This document shows positions 13,201 through 25,200 of a DNA stretch of 64,000 nucleotides, piece after piece. The notes beneath the pieces were generated by a model. The model was not told where the DNA came from. It searched no databases and saw only the letters and a program-made list of their open reading frames with translations. Made by a program: the position numbers and the translations under genes. The stretch is from Aplysia californica (lineage: Eukaryota), in NCBI RefSeq assembly GCF_000002075.1, contig NW_004797456.1:867113-931112 (forward strand). Direction: 5' to 3'. Numbering within the stretch: the stretch's first letter is position 1; the number at the start of each line of letters is the position of its first letter.

Positions 13201-16200
13201 ACGCCACTTTTTTACCTGTTAATGTCTTTACAACTCAAAAAGTATGACAGATATTAAAAATCTGACTGCATGACTAGATTCTGCATTTAAAAATGTACTA
13301 GACTGCAAAGTTTCATTTACATATTCCAAGAAATAGGCGAGCTATGACAAATATTGTTTCAAAACGCACCGAAAACCACCACATTTTTACCTATAAACGT
13401 CTTCATAACTCAAAAAATAGGATAGCTATGAAAAATCTGAAAGCAGGACTAGATTCTGCACTAGAAAATGTACTGGGTTGCCAAGTTTCTTTTAAATACT
13501 CTGAGAAATGAGTGAGTTATGACGAATATTGTCTCAAAGCTCACCAAAGAACGTCCCATATTTTGGGGGGTTTTCATTATATAAAAGTGTACCAGAAATT
13601 AATTGATTAAAAAATCCGTAACTTTTTTGTTTACTAATGGATTTTTAAAATTCAAAAAGTTCCATGCTCAGTGAAGATAAAGCTACAAAATGCACCTATT
13701 TGCAAACACTTTCTGGCAAAAAAAGGTTTTTCGTGGTCATTGCTAATATATGTAAAAGTTAGTCCTGGATGAAGTGAAATTTCCCTATCTCTATGTATTG
13801 AAAAATATAATGTCTTTGTCACACTCATTACCCAAGTGCCATAGGTGTTTAACTTTGACCTCTTTCGGTCTAAAATGGACCCTGTTTAAAAAATTTTTAA
13901 AAAAATAAGTTTTGATGAAAGTAAATCTTTAAAATATTTTTTTATAAGTGCACAAGCAGTTAACTGAAGTCCTTTACAAATAGACTTGGGCCTTTGTGGA
14001 ATGAGAGTTCAAAGGACAGTTATCCCTTAAATTGGGACTGGTATTTCATTGTTGCTCTTTAAAGGAAACACCTGGGAATTCTTCTTTTCAGCTCAAATTG
14101 TTACCAGAACTTTCATTCCAAGGAGAAGATAAAGAGAACAGCTCCGCCCGTAAAGCTAACGGAGATGACTGCATTGTTATCAGTGACGATGAGAATGGAG
14201 AGAAACAGGGAAGATCGAATGGTGCAAAGTCTCTGGATGTAAAAGAGGAGACGGCAGAAGGCAGCAATGACAGGGACTCTCCGCCAGTTTTAGAGAGTAT
14301 GGATTCACTTCCTGACCAGCAGAAACAATCTCAGAATCCCACGTGGTCATTTATTGACACTCCAGAGCACTTGGATGCATTGATAGCCTGCTTGAACACG
14401 CGTGGTTTCCGAGAGTGTGCCCTGAGGAGTGCTTTGATGGAACTGAAGGCACTGTTGGTGCACTCCCTGCGGGACTGTCCCACAGACATGCTTAGTCTTC
14501 CAGAGGATGGAGGAGAGGAGAAAGCCAGGATCCAGGTAAGCAGAAATTTCTTGGGGATTTTGCCTGGGGCTGTAACTGTGTGTCGTTCTGCTTTCAAAAT
14601 GATACGGACATTTTTGTTTTATGGATGTATAAATTGTTAGGTCTAGTAGAATTACTTTAAGTTTTAGGGAGCCTGAGTATGGGGAGGATTTTATGCAAGT
14701 TAACTTATATTGTTTCATTTTATGTGTGGTCCTTACTGATCTGTTTTTGTTTTTTAAACGGAGCGCCCCACCCCCAACCCCAGCAGTAGTTGAGGGCTTG
14801 ATGTTGTCTACATGTGCAATAAGGGCACAGTTTGATTATTACTTATTATTGGATTTCTACTTCTTTTTGATCAACGCATTGATAAGATGCTGACTTACAC
14901 TTTATCCCAATGATTTTGTGTTTCAGGCTTTAGCTCTGACTCGTGGCATCTCCAGCAAAAAGGCAGCTCAGGATGCCATGACAATGGAAAAGGCCGAAGT
15001 CACAATGGAAATCAATCTCAGGGATGCTATTTTGGATATGGAGGATCGAATCCATGTCGGGGCACTTGGCTCTCTCAAGGTAGGAAAAAATCCTATGAGT
15101 AAACTATTGAAACTGAGAGACTGGATCACTTCAGAAAATCATAAAAAGGTCATAATAATAGCCTCAACAGAAGAAATTTACTTTGGACATCTGTGGCAAA
15201 GACCTTTCTTCTACATGCGTGTACACTCACTCTTTGCATCTGTAAACTACTAGAGATAAGACTTAGACTCATGTCAGGGACCTAACAGGGCTCCCCTTTA
15301 CGCACATTTGTGCGTATATTACCCCTTAAACCTGAAAATTACCCCCTTAAAGTTTTGGTGGTGCGTGAGCTTTACTCTTTAAAATTTCGTTTCGGGGGTT
15401 TGCATACGCTTTAAAACTCAGGTAGTGTGCGTCTTGCAATCATTTCCCCCCTTCTCTACCCCGAAGCCGAGTAAATGATAACTACACACCCACACACATA
15501 ACTCCGCAGTCACCTTTTGTCTGGGACTCTGTGTCAGAAGCAGAAGACCTTGAATCTGCTCATCAGCTGCACGCAGTTCCCGGCAACACCGGCTTGCTTG
15601 AGCACAGAAGCTCCGCCTACATTGTGGTCGCTTGCATTATATTTGCCGGTGTCGTGCCTTGAATTTACCCTTGCCGTGAGATTTCCCCCATCCTTCTTTA
15701 ACACACTAGATCTAGTAAACTTGAATTGTCCACCATCGAACAACTGGGATGGCTCTGAAGAATAAGGAATTAGACTCTAGTTTATTTTCCAAACCTGCCA
15801 CTCATCACGATGTAATCGGGATATCCAGATTTTTTGCCCCAAATTTCCAAGCATGTCGATTTTCCCAATGTTGATTCCGTGTATTCGGATAAAAAAAATA
15901 ATTTTTGGTTCCGTCTGTTGTGCCGGATTTTTTGTAAAATCTTACTCTGCCTTCTTTTCTGTCGTGGGAAGCACTCGTTAAACTTTTTGTCAGCAGAAAC
16001 TCGAAGCACTATTTTCCTAAATGTCTATGTCGAATTTAGTTGTTGTGTTGGATCTTTGCACGCCAGTGTTGTTTCAAGAAACACATGTATAATGGAAGTA
16101 GTATTGGTTGGGAATTCCGACTTGGGACATTCTCAAGACCTAGGCCCTAAATCATAATCATTTTCGCTTTTATTTTTGTTTCAACTCAGAATTCTCCGAT

Positions 16201-19200
16201 GATGGCCTGACTGATAGCTGTTTAGTTTAAATTACGACGCACAAATGATGAATATTATTCGTAGTTCGTAGTTCTGCTAGTATTACTTTCAAAACAAGCT
16301 TTATCCGAGTTCTGGTCAGCCGGGCTCGTCATCAAGACCCGTCAGTAAAACTCTTTCAATCGCGCTTTCGCACCACGTGACATGTCTCTGACCAAAGTGA
16401 GTTCCGCGTGTGTCGTGGACCGTCCGTTAATTTAAGTTCATGCACACCGGCTGAAGCGTCTTTCGGGACTTATCTGGCGGGGCGGGCGCGTGTAAAACAC
16501 TTAAACTAGGACAGCTTGACGTGATACTTCAGGATAAAAAAAAAATAATGGTAAAACACACACAGGCACGGGTACGCACACGCACACACACACACATCCC
16601 TGGAAATTGTTTAAGTCAGTTTGGCAGTGACCTTGGTGATTTGTCGTTGATCCCGATCCCCCCCCATCCCACTGAGATCCTGACTTTTAGTTTTTTTAAA
16701 GTTTTAGTAGAGGTTTTACGGCGCTCACAACTGCATACGGTCATATGAGCGCCAAGGGGTGGGTGTCAACAGAGAAGTCCTTACAGGGAATCAGACTTAC
16801 TCTGCTCTCCTCTCTAGCTTCAACAGCACAAAGTCTGCTTTGACTATCAAGGCACCCCGGAAATAGCGGGTCACCAGAGTGTGACAAACATACAAAAGAA
16901 GTAGAGGAAAATGACGATAATAAGGATTAGGAAAGAAAAGGCAGCACAGTTATGAGTATGACATTGTTAGATCAGTCCATTTACAATTCTACTGAGCACT
17001 AGAACGAGAAATGTCCCCCCTTTGGGAATGACCTAAAGACACTTCAGTCAGTGGCACCGCCCCAGGGGGTGATCCTGACTTTTAGATTTCATTGATTGGC
17101 AGGTCTGATTTTCTTTGTGCATTACAGTTGGAATTGACCCCTTTTGGTTTGTCAAATTTATTTTATTTTTGATTGGCTCAACCACCACCGCCCTTCCCCC
17201 CTCCAAATGGACACAACTCTAAGTGTAGTCAATACTACTCATTTATTTCTTGCTGTTACTAAGAAACCGTAAGTTAATAATAATAATAATAATAGATAGC
17301 ATTTGTATAGCGCATATCCCCGCTCAACAGCAGGCTCTATGCGCTTTACACTATATTATTACCCCAGCAGACCATAGAACACTCTGAAACATTCTCAGCT
17401 TCCCGGGAAGCATACAGTGGAAGCAGCCGATTAAGCACTCAAACACTGACAAACTGACAAGATCTTTCGCTGTCTATAGCCGGGTACCCATTCCCACCGG
17501 GTGAAGTGAGGAAATTCGTGTAAAGTGCCTTTCCCAAGGACACAACGTCGGGCCCTTGACGGGATTCGAACCCACGACCTCACGGTTGCAATTAAAAAAT
17601 TGTTAGCATTCAATCATAGTAATGGTCACTATAATATATGTGTGTCTTAGTTTAGTTTAGTACAGGGTTTTACGGCGCTCGCAACTGCATAAGGTCATAT
17701 GAGCGCGCGAAACACAAGTTGATAGCATTCGCAACAGTTCACTGCACGGTTGGTCGACAGTTAGACTTTAAAATGCTAAAATACTAAAATTCAGTGTAAA
17801 TATATTTGCGATTTAAAACAACTCTTATAAATTTTATAACAATAAAAATTTTGTGTCTGTGAATGTGCGTGCATGTGAGTTAAATGTTTACATGCAAAAA
17901 TTCTTACTATAAAATTAGGAAATAATTGACTTTTACCCTTTAAGTTTCTAAAACAAGGGTTTAAATAACCCTTAAGATAGAAAACCAAAGGGTGAAAGAA
18001 CCTCGTAAGTTGGTCTGAAAAGGGGAGCCCTGCCAAAGCAAGTGGTTGGTGAGCTCCAAGCTTCAGTTCGCTTCTTCTTACTTTTTTGTTTCAGTTAACC
18101 TTTTCCTGACGGATATGTATTCCCCATTTCTAGGAGATCTATTTTTAGATTCTCAAGGTACTTTTACAAAAAACAATAACTCTGACAAATATTTACCACA
18201 TTGGAGAGTTGATCCCTCAAACTATAGGAAATTGCACAGACAACATGAGCATTAAACATATGTGGAAAAAAATGTGCATAGAAAGAATTATGAGAAGTGG
18301 AAAGGGGGGGAAAAAGTAATCAGTAAGAACACCACATGGAGTGGTGATGCGTAGGTAAGGGTACCTTACAGTTGACCTCTTAGAGTGGTGAGCTGGAGGG
18401 AAAGGGTCAATGTAGTCTTGCTCCTTGTCTGTTCTTACTGAAATTTGGCTGTTCATTATGCTTTCTCGCTGACCCCTTGTGTTATGTGACCTTTGTCGTG
18501 CTGACTCATTGTTAACTCTACTTTTCATAACAAAACCTGACAGTTTTCGAATGATTGCATGCTCCATACCTACGTCAACACAATAAGGATCATTTAACCA
18601 TTACACCACAGACACCGCAGTAGGTGTTCTGACGCAGAGCAAAAACTAGGAAGGGAAGACGCGCATAGAGGCCACTAAGCGTCTAAGGGGTGGGCCGTCG
18701 GCTGAATTAGTCTGCACGTTAAACATGCTCAGCCAACCGCAGGGCCTTGTGATAGGCTGTGCCAAAAAATGTTGTGCTCTGTGTTACATATGTGTTTGTT
18801 TATGTTTTCATTTTAACCTCTGATTTAATTCATTTGATGTAATATTGTGATTGATGGTTATGGTTTGTGTAAGTGGAATTTTGACAATAGAATCTAGATA
18901 GATCTAGATCAATCATCTGGTCCGTTTCATTAAGCTTAATAATCTCATGAATTGGTTTCTCCTTTGATGTTCGGTTTGATGACGATATTGTGTTTTTCCA
19001 TTCGGGATTTATTCAGTCAGTGACACTTTTATTTTTCATGGTCGTATCGATCTGTTTTGGTTTGTTCAGCCAGTGACACTTTTATTCAGTCATGGATGAT
19101 GGAAACAGAGACATCAGTACCACTGCCAAAGCCTAAGAGCAAGAGTCAAAGGCAAAGACACCATGTGCAACATTGCTCAGGAATCAATTGTAAAAATAAC

Positions 19201-22200
19201 AGATATGCAGATATGACCACCCTAATATGTCTTTTTTTAGGTTCTCTATGGATATAGATAGGAGTCGACTTTGGGTTATCAACTGCTATAATACTTTCAT
19301 TTTAGGGGGACAGACCTTAAGAGATATATATAGATAATATCTAGAATCTAGATCTGCCCCGGTCCTCAAAGTGCTTATTCATTCTTTTATCTATATTATA
19401 TATTGTTTATCTTTGTTTTAATGAGCACGCTCTAGGTGTAAAATCTAGATATCTATTTACAAATACGGTATTTGTTTACTTAGGAATGGTAAAAAGCACC
19501 TTGATCAGCTGATCGTGGATGCATAATTATAATACGCGAATACTAGGCTCGCTGACTGGCGTGCCTCGCGCAACTTGCATTCGACTTCACGAACTAACTC
19601 GGTCCGCGGACAAGGGAATAGAGAGGCAACGCTTCGTCTTATCTTCCTAGTTTTAGCTCAGAATCATGATATATTTATAATATATGCACTACAAGTCAAG
19701 AACAAAAGTACTTTGGAGATGCTGTAAGCAATGGTAATATTTCTATGTGGTGATCTTTGATTTTGCTATTTCTTCACCAGATCAAAGATCGAACAGCATG
19801 GAGAGAGGCTTTGCTAGACAGAACGTACGACAGTCAGACGAATGACCCAGCGTTTGCCCCCAGCAGCAGGCCACACTTAAATGGGTACATCCTTGTTAAG
19901 ATACTCTGTGTGAAGATAGAACAGTTCTGTCAGAAGGGAATGGTATTTGTTTTAGATTAATGTAGAAGTGTTTTTGAATAGGACTTTTCTTTTGATACTA
20001 CATAAAAACCCAAACAGTTCCAAATAATTAATTTAGTTTAGACTTTTCATTATTACATGCAGATTGTTTTTTTGGTTTTTTTACATCTGTAGTACTTTGA
20101 CAGTGTTTGCTAACTTCCCAGGGATTACTAGTGAGAAGAAAAGGTTTTTAAAAATAACCATGGGAAAGATGTTCCCACAAAGAAAATTTTAATGTCTCGC
20201 TTTGTGTTCTGTTGGTATCTTTTCAGTGGAGAGGAGATGCCGTCCATTACCTCAGAGCCTGAGCCTGTGGCACGTGACTTGGCAAAGGCCCTTGTACAGA
20301 TTGCGCGGGGAGTTGAACTTCGATTCTTGAGAGAACCGTTGAGTAAGTTACCTGTTGCCAGTGAAAGTTGCAAGCACAACTTTATCACAGATTGGTTCTT
20401 TTTATATCCTCCATTTTAAGATTTTCTCTCATTTATTATGTGGATCTCTTAAGATTTTCATGTTTTTTTGCTGCTGTCTTTCACTGTTCTTCATTATGTT
20501 TTGAAGAAGTGAAACGTGAAAAAGCTGAACTTGTGTCCTGCATTCATACTTGGCGTCGGTGGCCTAGTGGTTAGGCTCTCGGACTCGCAACTGTAAGGTT
20601 GTGGGTTCGAATCCCGCCAGGGACCCGACGTTGTGTCCTTGGGAAAGGCACTTTACACTAATTTTCCTCACTTCACCCAGGTGGGAATGGGTACCCGGCT
20701 ATAGACACCGAAAGATCTTGTCAGTTTGTTAGTGTTTGAGCGCTTAATCAGCTGCTTGCACTGTGTGCTTCCCGAGAAGCTGAGAATGTTTCGGAGTGTT
20801 CTATGGTCTGCTGGGGTAATAATATAGTGTAAAGCGCTTAGAGCCTGCTGTTGAGCGGGGATATGCGCTATACAAATGCTATTTATTTATTATTATTACT
20901 TATAGCAGAAATCACTTTTAAAAAAGGGAGTGCTTATTTAGGCCACATATGGCCTAAATAAGGTAAGGGAGGGGGGGTTAGCTTATTTAGGCCACACATG
21001 CTCAAACTACCGGGGGGACACCCTTTTCAGGCGACTGAGTTCGTTCCACTTTCATAATGGTGCACCCTTCTCATTTAGTACAGTTTTGTCTCAGTGTACA
21101 ACTTTTATATATCATAATGAATATTGTAAGAACAAAGCACGATACGCAAAATTTTGCTCAACCCCAATGGTTTGAATGAGGGCCAGATTTTTCCTTCATG
21201 GAGGGGCAAAATCTAGAGGCTACCATTTTGGCACATTTTGGTCAAGTGAAAAGGTCAAATCCTCCAAATGGACTTCCGGGTCAAATTTGGGGTATAAAAA
21301 GTGTGTACACAATGTGGCTGAGTCGAAGTTACACTATCTTTGCCTGGGTGGCACTCTCTCGTACTGTCTCGTAGTAGTACATCTCTCGTACTGTCTCGTA
21401 GTAGTACATGTAGATCTAGTAGTAGTAGTAGTAGTAGTAGCAAAGATCATGTAGAAATTCTTTGGTAGTAGATTCTATCTAGTAGGCATAGTTTAGTGAA
21501 CGTGCACGCGGCAGGGCGAATCAGCCTCGATAAGCCCCGTAGACCTTTGTGATCGGCCACGAAGCCTCGTGTTTTGATGGGTCTAAACAACTTAGTGTTA
21601 ATCGCACTGCCACATCCGACAGGCCTACATCTTTTTAAAAGCAAAAGAAAGGTCATCAAAATGGTTGAATTTGCGTGAAAATCGATTCGGTAGAACTGGA
21701 ACTATTAAAATTTGCTTCTGAAAACAAGTTACAAGGCCATTTTTATAACTCGATGAAATAAAAACTACTGGCTGTGTTATTCTGTATAAGTTATGAAACT
21801 TCAGGACGTATTATTATTTTCCAACATCTTTTGACGCCTTAGCTGTAGAGGTTGAAGTTTTCACAACACTAATAGATCTAGTAATAGGGCTTTCCGTAAA
21901 AAAATGCATAGATCTACAAAAGCCGAACCACCGTATCGACCGGTCAGCGACCCGGGCACCCCGCTCTCCCCTGCACACTGTGATAACATGTTGCTTCGGT
22001 ATAATTATTTAACTATTAATACGTGCGACTATGGCAATTGGGATGTACTGCCTGACAAAGCGATTCACAGTTTTGTTTTTATTTTACCATATATTTGACT
22101 TTATTAGTGCAGGTGATAGCTAGATCTAGATTCCCTGTCTAGAATCAGTAGTAGCAGGCCTATGCTAGAAGCAGCCAGAGAGCCTACAACTGCTAGATCT

Positions 22201-25200
22201 AGATCTAACTCATTGCTATGCCTTTGGGCTTTGAAATTGAAATAAAACGAATTGTACAGTTCTAGTTAATTTTAGATTCAACAACTATCTATCTGTATTT
22301 CCATAATAACAAATCTCACCATAACAATCACTTTTACTTTTATTAGAATAGTTACATCCAACTTTTTTTTCTAAAATCTGTTTTGCGCAAACTTAAGACT
22401 TTCTCTACTAATCTACTTGTAGAGCACAGAATTTACATTGTAAGCCTCTGCTCAGTCTTTTACTTTTAAGTATATATATAGGCTACATATAATAAAATAC
22501 GTATAGATCTAGATCTATATAATCATTTTATGTTATTTTCTGGATATTTTTAAAACTCTTTTTTTTAACATGTCATAAAGTCAAATTGTGCCTTTTCTTT
22601 GATAAGAATAGCATTAGCAGTGGACTTTTTAGACAGTGAGTCTCTAGTTCAATGTTTAAAAAAAAATATGCTAATCAATGAAAATTGCAAATTGATAAAA
22701 GTATTGTCCTGTAGAGGATAGGTGGACTCCGGGGTCTGCATAGCGAAATACTAGGTTTTAGGGTGTGAACCCCGGAGTCACCGTAGTGAAATAAGGTTTG
22801 GTTTAAGTAAGGATTGGTGGACCCCGGGGTCAACGTAGTGATAAATAAGCAGATCATGTTTAAGGTGGACCCCGGGGCCCGGGGTCTATCTAGCGAAATA
22901 CTAGGTTTTAGGACAGGTGGACCCCGGGGTCACCGTAGTGAAATAAGTAGATTTCTTTAAAGATCAGTGGACCCCGCGGTCACCGTAGTGAAATAAGTAG
23001 ATTCTCTAGGTTTCTTTAAAGATCGGTTGACCCCGGGGTCATCGTAGTGAAATAAGTAGGTTTAATTTTTTAAAAATTAATGGACCCCGGAGTCACCATA
23101 GCCGCAGAAGAATAAGAAGGTTTAATTAAGGATTGGTGGAACCCCGGGACACCGTGATTAAACCTACTTATTTTACTATGGTGACCACATGGTCCACCTA
23201 TTCTAAAACCTAACTAGTATTTCGTTAGGTAGACCCTGGGGTCCACCTTAAACCTACCTATTTCACTACGTTGACTCCAAGGTCCACCAATCCTTAAAAT
23301 TAAACCTAGATCTACGTGTACTTATTTCACTACGTTGACCCCGGGGTCCACCAATCCTTATTAAACCTAGATCTACTTATAATTTCACTACGTTGACCAC
23401 GGGCTCCGCCAGTCCTACTATAAAATAAACTGAGATCTACTTATTTCACTATGTTGACCCCAGGGTCCACCGATCCTTAGTTAAACCTAGATCTACTTAT
23501 TTCACTACGCTGACTCCGGGGTTCACATCCTAAAACAGCATTTTGTTAGGTAGACCCCGGGGTCCACCTATCCTTTTGGGGCTAGATAGACCCCGTGGTC
23601 CGCCTATCCACTTCCTTGATAATAACTGAAAAACATGCCAGTTGTCATGAATAGTGAAGAAAAATGTGGAAAAAAAAGATAATGAGGTAGACTATAATTT
23701 GTCCAAAAAAATGCAAGTGCAAGTGAAGATCATAAGATAATTTTGTTATTTTCTGGTCATCTTTTCACGGTTTATAAAATGTTCCAGTGGGCCTACTACT
23801 AGATCTATGTCTCTGAAGAACATTTTACTTGACTTTATTAGCTTTTTTCAAATACTTGAAAGCATAGATATAATAGTTTCACTCAAATGTATGCACAATA
23901 CCTTGAAAAAGAAAGATATAAGGTCATTGTTGAGAAAAGCGCTAAAAACAAGTTCAAATTTTTTAAAGAATGCCCATAATATTAGGAATCCGAAATTACT
24001 ACCTTGATCTAGTTTGCTTACTCTTTAATAACCATGAGCTGTTAAGAAAAAAAGAGAATGATATAGGATTTGTCTAAATATGACCATTAGTATTAGCATT
24101 ATAAAGATATTGCCCATTTTGTCCAATTAAATCCTTGCAGGTAAAATCACCATGTACTGCACCTCAATAAGCACAAAAAGAATATTTCTGTGACTTTGTA
24201 TAAAGGTGTTTTGTAGTTGAGTTCTATGTAAAATTCTCAACAAAATAATGTTCATTTGGACCGTACAACTGAGATAGACACTCATGCACACAATAACATT
24301 CACATATTACACACATACACACCTACAAACACACTATTACATTTACTCTCTCTTTCTAGATCTCTCTCTCACCACAACCACACACAAAACAAACACATAC
24401 TCACACACACACACAGACACACAACTCTTACCCTTGGTCCACTTATCATTTAGTATCATCCTCTATTTTGAAATAATCCCCCGCACTAAATAAAAAGATC
24501 AGTAGAATCTCGACCTTCCGAATCCATGGTTAGTTCAAGAAATCTACCATATGATGTGGCCTAAATAAGATAAGGGAGGGGAGTTTAGCTTATTTGGGCC
24601 TCAGTGTGGCCTAAATAAGGTAAGGGAGGGGGGTTTAGCTTATTTAGGCCACAGTGTGGCCTAAATAAGGTCACCCTTTAAAAAAAAGAATTTGAGTTAT
24701 GTACATACCCAGATATAATGACAGAAATGTTGTGATGTTATTTCTGTATGATCTCTGCACTTGCCTAATGTCATGTATTTCTCAATTTTTCAGAGGAAGA
24801 TGAGTCCAAGAAGAAGAAAGCAGCTTCAAAAGATAAAGAAAAGAAGAAGAAAGAAGACGAGGAGAGTTTTGAAGGTAGATCTCTTTGCTGCATTTAAAAG
24901 AGTGCAAGTTGATCGTACATTCTTTTGAGAGTTTTCTAGTCTCCACATATGTAAGGGCTTTCTGAAAAGTGATGTGCAAATTGAACAATTTTGTGTAAAA
25001 CGTAAATTTTCATTTCTCTGATCCAGTGGCCACCTGAGTTGGAGCTTTTCAGCATAAACATGAATAAAACTTGCATATCTTAAAATAATATCTGTCACTT
25101 ACTCCTTAACATACTGTAAAATCTCAGCATAAAGTACTTCCTTAGGATCCGAGATTTTGAACATCTTAGCCTATAAATGGTTGTTACTGGGGAGATTACA

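Larger units (their letters stand above)
15252..19647. mobile_element. Large composite DNA element containing a hAT-like element, SINEs and a THAP-like relic
   Basis: TA|GAGATAAGAC ... GTCTTATCTTCC|TA imperfect inverted ends bracket most of the intron. Confidence 0.4.
20926..24676. mobile_element. MuDR/Mutator-like non-autonomous element with palindromic subterminal repeats
   Basis: GGG...CCC ends; 9-bp TSD TTTAAAAAA (20917-20925 and 24677-24685); repeated CTTATTTAGGCCAC/GTGGCCTAAATAAG modules at both ends. Confidence 0.7.

Noticed and set aside
15517-16157. Several short ORFs as an intact transposase
   Set aside because: Fragmented, with no DDE or dimerisation motif; at most a decayed remnant within the hAT-like element.
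18217-18567. 116-aa minus-strand ORF
   Set aside because: No recognisable domain; lies inside repeat-derived intron sequence.
20552-20625. tRNA gene
   Set aside because: A and B boxes are present, but there is no proper acceptor stem and it runs directly into a SINE body found twice in the window.
22699-23615. CRISPR-like array of palindromic repeats with variable spacers
   Set aside because: The linkers are related to each other, the repeats are degenerate, orientation flips at the centre, there are no cas genes, and it lies in a eukaryotic intron. It is a foldback element.
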